Assembly (NCBI GenBank): GCA_013425455.1
Contig: JACCLI010000047.1
Location: 1 to 39,238, forward strand
Direction: 5' to 3'
DNA length: 39,238 nt
Source: Candidatus Micrarchaeota archaeon
GTDB taxonomy: Archaea > Micrarchaeota > Micrarchaeia > Anstonellales > Bilamarchaeaceae
Part shown: positions 1 through 9,500 of the stretch, in pieces
Numbering within the stretch: the first letter of the stretch is position 1
How the letters are laid out: each line of letters begins with the position of its first letter
Notes under the pieces: generated by a model
Databases searched by the model: none
Told to the model about the DNA's origin: nothing
What the model saw: the letters and a program-made list of their open reading frames with translations, nothing else
Position numbers and translations under genes: made by a program

Positions 1-131
1 TCAATGAGATAACCATGTTCTCGATAATCTCCATAATCATAATAGCCATAATAACCTACAGCGGAACGAGGGCGATCTCGACCGCGCTGGGCGGGGAGTA
101 CTCCTTCGCCGGGATAACGAGGATGATATGA
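1..131 (+). CDS. 3' end of a membrane protein, paralog 0 of the CedA/VirB6-like array (partial)
   Basis: The frame from nt 3 reads NEITMFSIISIIIIAIITYSGTRAISTALGGEYSFAGITRMI*. This is the same C-terminal helix plus LGG(E/D)...RMI ending as the downstream paralogs. Its TGA overlaps the next ATG (ATGA at 128-131). Confidence 0.8.
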   Translation, partial: NEITMFSIISIIIIAIITYSGTRAISTALGGEYSFAGITRMI

Positions 132-1009
132 TGAGGGGCGCGGCGATTTTCATAATTCTTCTTTCCCTCTCCTCGGCGGGCTGCGGCATACTGGATGATG
201 ATGCGAACCGGGCGTTCGCGGAGGCGATGCCCATAATAGGCGCGGCTATCGCGATCTCCATCGCAATAGCGGCTCTTGCCTACATGGCCGGGAGCTTCAC
301 AAAGGACCCGCACTTGCTCGTTTTCAGCAAGGACCAACTGTTCCACACATTCGTGTCCGTGCTTCTCGTGATGTCCATACAGGGGATATTCTACAGCGTC
401 TGCATGTTCGCAAGCGGGGCCGCGGGAGGGGAGATGCAAAACACCTCGCTCAACTATCTCCGCGAACTGAGGGTGGACGGAAGCCAGATGCTCACGCAGA
501 TAATGAAGAGGTCGATAGAGTACAAGTTCACGGCGGCTTACTACACCGCATACCAGGTCCCCTACATGGGAGGGGAGAGCTACTGGTGGGAGGCATACAA
601 CAACGCCTACGCGCGCCACCTGGAGATATTGTTCGACTTTGTCATGGCAGGGTATGTGAGCGCGGGGGTGCAGTACACCCTCCTGGGGATGCTGCCCCAG
701 ATTGCGCTGGGGGTGATGGTGCCGCTCGGGCTCCTGCTCCGCTGCATACCAAAGGCAAGGGACTCGGGGAACATGGTACTGGCACTCGCGCTCGCCCTTT
801 ATGTCGTCATACCGTTCACATACGCAGTGCACTCCTCCATGCGTGATACCTCGGTGCCATGGTTCACCGGGGCGCTGGACGATTCGGGCGTCTCGTTTGA
901 GAACGCCGCGCTCTACCTGTTCCAGACTGTGTTCCTGCCCAACCTTTCGCTGGTGGTGTTTGCGACCGCGGTTGGCGGGCTGATGAAGGTCGCGAAGGTG
1001 ATCCCATGA
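128..1009 (+). CDS. Polytopic membrane protein, CedA/VirB6-like paralog 1
   Basis: 293 aa with a signal-like N-terminus (SSAGC may be a lipobox). Shares the family motifs ALAYMAGSFTKDPHLLVFSKDQL and PLGLLLRCIPKARDSGNMVLALALALYVVIP. The family name is inferred. Confidence 0.75.
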   Translation: MMRGAAIFIILLSLSSAGCGILDDDANRAFAEAMPIIGAAIAISIAIAALAYMAGSFTKDPHLLVFSKDQLFHTFVSVLLVMSIQGIFYSVCMFASGAAGGEMQNTSLNYLRELRVDGSQMLTQIMKRSIEYKFTAAYYTAYQVPYMGGESYWWEAYNNAYARHLEILFDFVMAGYVSAGVQYTLLGMLPQIALGVMVPLGLLLRCIPKARDSGNMVLALALALYVVIPFTYAVHSSMRDTSVPWFTGALDDSGVSFENAALYLFQTVFLPNLSLVVFATAVGGLMKVAKVIP

Positions 1010-3291
1010 AGGCGGCGCACATATTTGTACTGGCATTGTTCCTTTCGGCGGCCTTTGCGCAGGCCAGCGGGGAGGAAATACTTGTGCAGACACAGGAGCA
1101 TCCAACGCTGCTAGGGAACATAGCGAAGGACTGGCAGATTTACACAGTGGCGGTGCTGCTGCTGATGGCGGCGCTCGTGGCGCTTGCGTATGCCATCGCA
1201 AACTCGTTCTCGCTGCCGGACCTGAAGGCATGGGCGGACGTGGAGCTCGGGGAGATATTCGCCAGCGCGCTCATACTGATTTTCATAATAGCGGCAATAT
1301 CCTTCATAGATGTGAGCGTGGCCGGGACGATAGGGCCCAGCTTCCCGAGTTCCTGCGCAAAGCCTGGCTTCTGCCCCGCTAACATAGCGTCGGATTATCT
1401 TGAGAGCTACATCCGCGCGGCAGGTTCCGCCTACAAGATCACCATGATAAACAGCATAGACGCCGCGAACGACGCGATGGCAGGAAGCACGGTCGGGATA
1501 CAGGACCTCATATACGGATACCTCACATACAGGTTCAGGGACAACCCGCAGGAGATGATACGGGTGGAGATGTACGACCAGGTCCTGCAGAACCTCGCCG
1601 CGGTGCTGAACGCGCTGCTCGCGCAGAAATTCATGCTCCAGTTCATGACATTCAGCGTGGCGCCCATCGCAATATTCCTCGGCATAGTGCTTCGTTCCTT
1701 CTTCCTCACGCGGAAGATGGGGGGGCTGCTGCTGGCGTTCGGGCTCGGTTTCCTGGTGATTTATCCGCTCACATATGCGCTCGCGTGGTACACGCTGGAC
1801 GCGGCCATTTACGGCGCCCAGAAGGGCCCGAGCGGAAAGCTCACGCCCTGCCCCGAGGTGTGCCTGCCTTTCTCAAAAGTGGTGGACCTTTCCAAGACGC
1901 CGCTGGTGGAGGTTCCCATGGACACGGTGCGGGAGGGATTCCACGAGCAGTGCATGACCGAGCTGGAGCGGGACGGTATAGATGAAACTGGGCGCTCGAA
2001 CACGTGCATGAACGATTGCAGGGACAATGTGGACCCCACGGGGCGCTCGGCCAGCTGCATGGACGGCTGCACGGCGGAAATAGACGAAACGGGAAGGATG
2101 GTATCGTGCATGGGCGACTGCACACGCCTCTACCCCTTCAACTGCGAGGGGAGATGCGCGGAAGATTGTACGGCGCGCGGATATGTGGCGCCCGCGGCTG
2201 AGTTCCCGGACCCGGCCACCGTCGCGGCATGGGACGAGTGCATGCTCCCGTGCATGGAAAGCGAGAACTGCGATGCCACCGTGGAGGAGAAGACATTATA
2301 CTGCCAGGAGAACGAATGCCCTCCCGTAATCGGGGAGCTGGCAAGCGGGCTGGAATATTGCCAGTTATACAATTGCGGCGTGCTGGCTGGATATGCGGGG
2401 AACGAAACCGCATATTGCGAGGGCCAGTGCGTCCCGTTGGACGGCTTCGGAGGAAGCCAGGAAGAGTACTGCAACCACGAGACGGACAACATGCTTGCCC
2501 AGCTGGGGAAGGAGGGCGGCGTGGCGGTAGGAAGCGGCGCGGACTACCATGAGTATGGATATTGCCCCGCGGACCCGTGCGGGTTCCCGATCCCATACCA
2601 CAAGAAGGAGTGCCTGGGTTACCGGGGCGTTCCGAACATATGCAACACAAGGCCGTTCGTGGCCGAAGACCCCGCGTATGCGATGATGGACGCGAGCGAG
2701 CTGGTGGACGGGTGCCCCGCGGAATGCAGGACGCTTGCGCCAATGAAGGCGGGGAGCGGATGCTACAACAAGAAGAGCATAAGGCAGGACGACGGCACCT
2801 ACAAGAATTCTACGATATGCCCTTCGCAATGTATGTGGATGACGGCGGGCGGATACAAGGACCCTACCTGCCCCGCCGAGTGCAGCCGGTTCTATCCTGG
2901 CACTCCGCAGGCGCTCTGGGATGCAAAACTTTCCAGCGAGACCTGCGTATACATAATACCTGATGTTGTTTTTGACGAGCCGGACACGTGCTCGCAATGC
3001 GCGTTCGTGGCTGAGAAGGGGCTCACCATGGAGCCCGCGATGATATGGGACTGCACCGCGTTCTGCGGGGCGCCCAGCTCGACCGTGATGGGGCAGGACC
3101 CTGCGTCCATGACAAACAACATAGGCGGGATGCAGGGGCCGACCGATGTGATTGCCGTGAGCAAGCTGATGGTGCCAGCATATGTGCTCCCGTTCTTCTG
3201 CCTCGCGGTCACGCTGATGTTCATCATGACTTTGTCGCCAATGCTTGGCGGGGACATGGACATACCCGGGATGATGAGGATGATACAATGA
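1006..3291 (+). CDS. Polytopic membrane protein, CedA/VirB6-like paralog 2, with a large Cys-rich extracellular insertion
   Basis: 761 aa with a signal peptide. Motifs ALAYAIANSFSLPDLKAWADVEL and LGIVLRSFFLTRKMGGLLLAFGLGFLVIYP. A ~430-aa Cys-rich insert precedes the last TM helix. ATGA overlaps at both ends. Confidence 0.8.
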   Translation: MKAAHIFVLALFLSAAFAQASGEEILVQTQEHPTLLGNIAKDWQIYTVAVLLLMAALVALAYAIANSFSLPDLKAWADVELGEIFASALILIFIIAAISFIDVSVAGTIGPSFPSSCAKPGFCPANIASDYLESYIRAAGSAYKITMINSIDAANDAMAGSTVGIQDLIYGYLTYRFRDNPQEMIRVEMYDQVLQNLAAVLNALLAQKFMLQFMTFSVAPIAIFLGIVLRSFFLTRKMGGLLLAFGLGFLVIYPLTYALAWYTLDAAIYGAQKGPSGKLTPCPEVCLPFSKVVDLSKTPLVEVPMDTVREGFHEQCMTELERDGIDETGRSNTCMNDCRDNVDPTGRSASCMDGCTAEIDETGRMVSCMGDCTRLYPFNCEGRCAEDCTARGYVAPAAEFPDPATVAAWDECMLPCMESENCDATVEEKTLYCQENECPPVIGELASGLEYCQLYNCGVLAGYAGNETAYCEGQCVPLDGFGGSQEEYCNHETDNMLAQLGKEGGVAVGSGADYHEYGYCPADPCGFPIPYHKKECLGYRGVPNICNTRPFVAEDPAYAMMDASELVDGCPAECRTLAPMKAGSGCYNKKSIRQDDGTYKNSTICPSQCMWMTAGGYKDPTCPAECSRFYPGTPQALWDAKLSSETCVYIIPDVVFDEPDTCSQCAFVAEKGLTMEPAMIWDCTAFCGAPSSTVMGQDPASMTNNIGGMQGPTDVIAVSKLMVPAYVLPFFCLAVTLMFIMTLSPMLGGDMDIPGMMRMIQ
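1978..2121 (+). repeat. Three tandem 51-bp (17-aa) coding repeats, (I/V)D(E/P)TGRxxxCMxxC
   Basis: The Asp codons of the units fall at 1981, 2032 and 2083: DETGRSNTCMNDC / DPTGRSASCMDGC / DETGRMVSCMGDC. Confidence 0.85.
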
Positions 3292-4358
3292 AGCGCCTGC
3301 TGCTGTTGCTGTTCCTGTTTTCACTCTCCTTTGCGGTTGATGAAACGCCGGAATGGATCCCGATAGCGCTTCTTGCTGTCATTGCCGGGCTCGGAGTCCT
3401 CATAATATTCTATCTTATCAGCTATGTTGTTGAGGCGGACCAGATGAGGGCCATGGCCATATCCGAGATGTGGCAGGTGGTCATCACTGGGGTGATGATA
3501 GCGGGGCTGATAGGGGCGCAGGCGCTCGCCACCGAGTTCGGGTCCGGGATGGCAAAGGATTTCGGGGCCGAGGACGGGGACACGCACATGGATTTTGCGA
3601 TAAAGGTGACGCAGGAGACTGTTGCTTACCAGTGGGCAACCCTCATGGACTTCACCAACAACATCGTAATTCCGATGGGCGACCTCGCGTCCCTTTCAGG
3701 CAACTGCTGGCTGTTCGGAGTCGCTTTCACCTATTCGGGATGCTCGAGCATAAACGTGCCCTTCTCGTCCGCATCGCTCGCTGCGAGGACGATGGCCATG
3801 GCGATACTGGCGCTGAATTCCCAGTTGGTGCTGCTCAACCTGGCAAGCAGGTTCTTCTTCCCGGTCCTTCTCCCGCTTGGCCTCTTCCTGCGGACCTTCC
3901 ACGTGACGAGGGGGACGGGGGGCGTCCTCATCGCCTTTGCGGTGGCTTTCTATTTCGTGTATCCGCTGGCGACCATCATAACGAAAGGGATGTCGGACGA
4001 GGTGCCCCTTTCCGCATTGGGCATCCATTATCCTGAACCACCAGCCATAAACCAGGTGGGTGCGGACGAGACGTGGGAGTTCAGCAACGTTTACACGTTC
4101 GAAGTTCCGGCGGAATGCGACCCATTCAAAACCTATGATTATGGGGATGGGGGCCAGGTTGAAGGATTCGGATATACGCAAACGCAGATAAACTATCTCC
4201 TGAACGAGAACATGCTGGACCCGCTGCTGTTCATTTTCATGATAAGTGGAATATTCAACCCCGCGCTTAGCATATTGATGGCGCTTGCGGTGCTGCGGCC
4301 TCTGACAAGAGTATTCGGGACCGAGGTGGACGTCTCAGCCCTCGGGAAGGTGTCCTAG
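3288..4358 (+). CDS. Polytopic membrane protein, CedA/VirB6-like paralog 3
   Basis: Start reassigned to ATG 3288, which gives an ATGA overlap and the signal peptide MKRLLLLLFLFSLSFA. Motif PLGLFLRTFHVTRGTGGVLIAFAVAFYFVYP; C-terminus VFGTEVDVSALGKVS. Confidence 0.8.
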   Translation: MKRLLLLLFLFSLSFAVDETPEWIPIALLAVIAGLGVLIIFYLISYVVEADQMRAMAISEMWQVVITGVMIAGLIGAQALATEFGSGMAKDFGAEDGDTHMDFAIKVTQETVAYQWATLMDFTNNIVIPMGDLASLSGNCWLFGVAFTYSGCSSINVPFSSASLAARTMAMAILALNSQLVLLNLASRFFFPVLLPLGLFLRTFHVTRGTGGVLIAFAVAFYFVYPLATIITKGMSDEVPLSALGIHYPEPPAINQVGADETWEFSNVYTFEVPAECDPFKTYDYGDGGQVEGFGYTQTQINYLLNENMLDPLLFIFMISGIFNPALSILMALAVLRPLTRVFGTEVDVSALGKVS

Positions 4359-4366
4359 GTGTTTTG

Positions 4367-5524
4367 ATGGTGTGCATTGAAGGCGGACTGGACTGGCTGT
4401 ATTCCCTTTCCCTGCTGTCGCTCGGGATGACGCTTGTGGTTATAGGGGTAGCGTATGCGCTCGGGCAGCTGCTGAGCAACCCGCAGTTCAACGTCTGGGC
4501 GAAGACCGAGATATTCCAGGTTTTCGTGTCGTTCTTTTTCGTACTGCTTGTGCTCTTCCTGAGCGACTCCCTGTGCCATTTCAGGTACGGGGACCTGGCG
4601 GGGCTGGGGCCTGCGGAGACCAACCCGACGAGCACCTCCAACCCGTATGCATATGCGCACCCGAGCATCTCGGCTGACGACAACGTGATAAACGCCTCCG
4701 GCAAATATCTCGCGAATGTTGCATATTTCATAAACACGGAGATGAGGGCGGCGCGCTCCCTTTACGGGATTTCCGAGGAGGCGTCCAGGTATTCGCGCAC
4801 CCCCTGCATGCCCGCGGCGACCTTCTGCCTCTACGGGACAAGCGGCTACACCGTGAGGCCGTACTCCGGGCTGAGCAGCTGGGTGCAGATACTTGGGTTC
4901 TCGCTCTATACGGACACCGCGTCCTACCTCACGGTGCTGATACAGATGGCGCTGCTCGCGTTCATATCCGGGGGAGGGATAATGGCATACCTTCCGCTGG
5001 CGATAGTATTGCGCTCGCTTCCGTTGATGAGGCAGCTGGGGGGCGGGTTGCTGGCGATATGCGTCGCGCTTTTCCTCATATACCCGGCGCTCCTGACCAT
5101 GGAATCGCTGTTCTGGAACCCGTACCAGATGCTCGGGGACGGATGGAGCACGCTGGCGGATGCGGCGGACAGCATGGGGAGGGGGTTCACCTATGTGACC
5201 GCGGGGGCATATGCGGAGACCATGGCGGCGGCGCTCTTGCTGGCGGGCGCGCTGCTGGACATTGCGGCGATAATAGCGGTGGTGGTTGCCGCGGGGTTTG
5301 TGAGCGCGGTACTTATGATAATAAGCGCAGGAGCAGTTTCCCAGTGGACGCTGACGAGCCTCCATGCGGCGATACAGGTGAGCATGCAGGCGTCATCCAT
5401 ATCTTTCTTGACGGCAACGTTCCTCCTTTCGCTGAATATAATAGCCATAGGGGCTTCCGCGAGGGAGCTCGGGAGATTGCTGGGGCAGGAAGTTGACCTG
5501 AGCAGATTGATGCAGGTGTTGTGA
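4367..5524 (+). CDS. Polytopic membrane protein, CedA/VirB6-like paralog 4
   Basis: An AGGTG RBS precedes ATG 4367. Motifs VAYALGQLLSNPQFNVWAKTEI and PLAIVLRSLPLMRQLGGGLLAICVALFLIYP; C-terminus LLGQEVDLSRLMQVL. Confidence 0.8.
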   Translation: MVCIEGGLDWLYSLSLLSLGMTLVVIGVAYALGQLLSNPQFNVWAKTEIFQVFVSFFFVLLVLFLSDSLCHFRYGDLAGLGPAETNPTSTSNPYAYAHPSISADDNVINASGKYLANVAYFINTEMRAARSLYGISEEASRYSRTPCMPAATFCLYGTSGYTVRPYSGLSSWVQILGFSLYTDTASYLTVLIQMALLAFISGGGIMAYLPLAIVLRSLPLMRQLGGGLLAICVALFLIYPALLTMESLFWNPYQMLGDGWSTLADAADSMGRGFTYVTAGAYAETMAAALLLAGALLDIAAIIAVVVAAGFVSAVLMIISAGAVSQWTLTSLHAAIQVSMQASSISFLTATFLLSLNIIAIGASARELGRLLGQEVDLSRLMQVL

Positions 5525-6532
5525 ATGGCTGAAGAGGATTTGTTCCACTTTGCTTTTTCGGGATGGGGAGCGGGCGGACCCTGGTTCGTCAACTGCCTTC
5601 TCGCCATCATAGTCGTCGCGGTGATAATGGGCACCGTATACGCCATCTCATACGCATTCAATTTCATGAGCTTGAAGAGGTTCGCGGTTTCGGAGTTCTA
5701 CCAGCTCGCGGCCACGGCGGTTCTTGTGATTTTCCTGGTTGCAATCGTGGAGAACGGGCAGGCATTCTTCCTCTCCAAATATGGGGGGACGGTCATCTGC
5801 CAGGGAGGGGAGATAGACAACACGGTTCAGGCGGCCATGTGCCGCACCGAGGAGAGGCTAACGTATTTCGACAAGACGTTCAATTCCATAAAGGACAGCA
5901 GCGAGCTCGCGGATAAGGAGCTGCGTTACTACTCGTCGATGTCGCTTTTCGGCATAATATTCTGGCAGGGGAACTTCGACGCAAGCCTGCACAAATATGT
6001 GGAGACGCAGCACGCAATAGCCTCCAAGCTCGTCTCGCTCATGATTTCGCTGAACAGCCAGATGTTCGTGCTGAAATACATAAAGGAGAACATGCTCGTG
6101 TTCTTCCTTCCGCTCGGGATAGTGCTGAGGACTCTGCACTTCACGAGGGGAATCGGGGGCTTCTTCATAGCCCTTGCGGTGGCGCTGTATTTCATCTACC
6201 CGGGCATGCTCTTCATAATGGACGCGTCCTATGCGCCCCCTCCGCCGCAGGCGCCCTCTTCCATTTCCAACCGGGCGGACCTGTGCAACATACCTGTTTT
6301 TTCGGGAATGTCCCTGGGCGCCACCACCGCGGAGGGGCAGAGCACGAGGAGCGCCGCTTCCATATCAGTGAGCACCTCCAGCCTCGCGGCGTTCGTGTCG
6401 CAGGTGTTCGTAAAACTGTTCTATGACAACATGGTGGCGCTGGCGATTGCGGTGACGATGATGAGGTACGGGACCATGCTGCTGGGCGGGGACAGCAACG
6501 TTTTCCTGCAGATGATGGGGAGGTGGGTGTGA
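5525..6532 (+). CDS. Polytopic membrane protein, CedA/VirB6-like paralog 5
   Basis: 335 aa. Motifs TVYAISYAFNFMSLKRFAVSEF and PLGIVLRTLHFTRGIGGFFIALAVALYFIYP; C-terminus LLGGDSNVFLQMMGRWV. Confidence 0.8.
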   Translation: MAEEDLFHFAFSGWGAGGPWFVNCLLAIIVVAVIMGTVYAISYAFNFMSLKRFAVSEFYQLAATAVLVIFLVAIVENGQAFFLSKYGGTVICQGGEIDNTVQAAMCRTEERLTYFDKTFNSIKDSSELADKELRYYSSMSLFGIIFWQGNFDASLHKYVETQHAIASKLVSLMISLNSQMFVLKYIKENMLVFFLPLGIVLRTLHFTRGIGGFFIALAVALYFIYPGMLFIMDASYAPPPPQAPSSISNRADLCNIPVFSGMSLGATTAEGQSTRSAASISVSTSSLAAFVSQVFVKLFYDNMVALAIAVTMMRYGTMLLGGDSNVFLQMMGRWV

Positions 6533-9500
6533 TGAGGGGCATTTCTGTTGTTCTGGCTTTTGCTTTCGTGTTCGGGGCGCTCATGCTCGCGGGATGCGTG
6601 GCTCCGCAGCCATCGTTCAGCAACTGCTGCATGTACGACAACGCGAGCAATGATGAGCGATGCATAACTGCGGACAGGACGGAGTACGATGCGCACGGGT
6701 GCAACATGCTGAACATGACGTGCAACGTAACGCTCGGAGAGGGGGACGACACCGAGCTGCTCCCCATCTGCCCGAAATCCGAGCTTCTGAAATGCAACAG
6801 CAGCTGCGTGGGGATGTTCTGCGGCTCTTTTGAATTTGACCCGCGGCCGCCCATCTCCCTTGATGCGGAAGACATGAACGATTCCCGCGACACCGAGAAC
6901 GCCGACAAGGGCCAGTTCGGAGGGACGAGCAAGGGCGGGGCGAAGGGGCTTTATAACGGAGAGTGCCGGCTGCTCAACATGAGCCCGGCGACCCTGCGCG
7001 CCACCGGGAACACGAACGGGGGCTTCGCGCTCAACAGCTTCAGGTTCGGGGTCGGGGACTCCTTTGCGGAATTTGACGAGGCGAACATGTACTATCCGCT
7101 CACGGATTTCGCCTGCAAGATAAACCAGATGGGGACTATAGACAGGTATGCGAATTATGCGATACCGAATTCGCTAACAGAGGCGGGGACGAGGATTTGT
7201 GCGCCTTCCGGGGACAACAAATGGGTGTGCGTGCCGAGCACCAGCTACTCGGACGTTTTCTTTGAGACATATACATATTTTGACTGCGCCACCAAGTGCC
7301 TCCTGCAATTTTCCGGGGATTTCCCGGGCATAGACCCCAACAGCGCCTACCTCACGGAAAGGAACGGGCAGATGCTGGGGAACCCGTTCGCATACGGGGT
7401 TGCGGCGGATTCGCCCTGGGGAAATCTCATCAACGACAAGGACTACAAGAGCTCGGCTGAGGATACGGCATTTTATGATGGTTATCCCCTCGGGTACAAT
7501 TATTACGGGGCGGATTTCGAGAGGGACGACCGCGTGCTGGGCCCGAACAGGGGGGGCATCGAAGGGCTCCTCGCGGAGAAGGGAAGCGGTGAATTCGGGC
7601 TGCAGAGCGACGTGATGGACTATTATTCGGGCGAAACGGCGGACCTGCCCACCATGAGATGGGACCACCTGCTCGAGAACTTCATAACCGTGGAGAGGGA
7701 GCCGCACAGGATGTATGAATTCCTGCTCACCTACCATTCCGTTTATGCGGACCAGTTCCAGAACGGGCATTATGAAGATAATGGAACCTGGAAGAACGGG
7801 GCGGAGTTCGAATGCACCATGGAGGAGAACGGCTGCCTTTCAGGGTATTGCAACATATTCGATTATTCGCGCGGCGTATGCGTGAACATGGATAATTTAT
7901 CAAAGGACGCGAACTGCGACTGCGTGTATGATTATATTGAAGGGGGGGTGGCCTGCACCGGGAAGAAGCTGTTAAGCTCGCCTTCGTGGGACAGGTACAA
8001 CGACGCGACCTCGAACATAGAGGTGGCGACAACCCTTGCCGCTCCCATAGACCGCGTAGGGGATGGCCCCTACACCCACACATCCATGCCTTCCAAGGGA
8101 AGGACGGTGACGTTCAACCTTGATAGTACGGATTACATAAGCGGACTGGCGGAATCGGACAGGGACGACATAGACAGGTCCTTCCTCGTGATATTCCTTG
8201 GCGGGCAGAACGCCTTCCCGACATACACTGCCTACCAGCCACCCACTGATGACACCGCGGCCCTGTGGAACCAGACGCTCACGATTCCGCAGGTCCTTTC
8301 CCCGGAAAAATGGAGCGGCTGCAGCAGGTATTCGGACTGCGGAAAATTCTATACGACCTTCGTGGACCAGTGCGTGCCTACTTATGAGGAGGACCGGGAG
8401 TTCTACAGGACTAGCTTTGGCGTCTGCTATTCCGGCAGCCCTATGACGACCACTTCATCTTCGATTTTTGGGGGGCTGATTGAGACAAGGGTCCCCTATT
8501 CATACGGGCAGTACCTCAAGCCGGACGGGAGCATAGATGTGGAAAACTGGAACTGCCAGGGGCTCTTCAACTTCGACAAGAAGAAAGTGACTGGAAAGGG
8601 CGACCCTTCAAGGCAGGTCTATTGCTACGCGCGGGACAAGGACGGGAACTGCGAGGCATATTCCACCGCGGCGCTTATGATAAGGGGAAGGGATGTTGAG
8701 TATGAGGACGAGGATAGAAATCTGGTGGAGGGGCAGGCGTTCGGGAAATGCATCCTGGATGGGAGCGGCAACCTGCGCACCAAAACATACGGATATTGCG
8801 ACCAGTGCAGCTTCCTGACAATGGCGAAGGAGAAGGTGGTTGCCCTCCCGGAGAACAAGTTAGACCCGGGCTACCAGGCGTTGCGCGTGGATGGAAGCGC
8901 GCAGAGGAAGGACAATAAGTACTGCCCCTCGCTGATGATAAGCACCATTTATTCCCCGGATGCGGCCTTTGAAATAGAACGAGCCTCGTCTCCGCTTGGG
9001 GAGTGGGAGGGGCAGGGAGTGCACGCTTCGAGCGACGACCCGGAGGATTCGTATTACAGGAGCCAGTGCAGGATGCCGGATGGAAGCGAGGTGGGGATGG
9101 AGGAGGCATGGCCGGATTACCTTCCTAATGCGTATTATCTGAAAACAAAACTGAAGGACTACCTGCAAAGGAACATAATGCCGGTGCTGTTTGCGGATGA
9201 TGACGGATTGTACAGGGCACGCACCACGGACAGGGAGCCATACAAGGACAAGCCGGTGCTGCAGCTGGGCCTTAGCGACCATTTTGAAGCCGTCCAGGCG
9301 GGCACGACCACGAACCCATTGATTGCATCTCTCTGGAAGCGCAACCCCTCCATTTTTGACAAATACGGCCTGCCCGGGGACCAGCCATATGCATACACCG
9401 CACAGGGAACCTATCTTGCGGATTCGGTCATGAACCTCGGGGCCGGAATAATAGTTGTGAAGAACCTGAGCACCGACTTCGTGGAGGGCAGCGACATAGT

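Noticed and set aside
1951-3070. Multiheme cytochrome or Fe-S interpretation of the Cys-rich insert
   Set aside because: It has no CxxCH or CxxCxxCxxxC motifs. The CxxxC spacing in a secreted domain fits disulfides better.
3045-3287. N-terminal extension of ORF 3045..4358
   Set aside because: It overlaps paralog 2 out of frame. ATG 3288 gives an ATGA overlap and a clean signal peptide.
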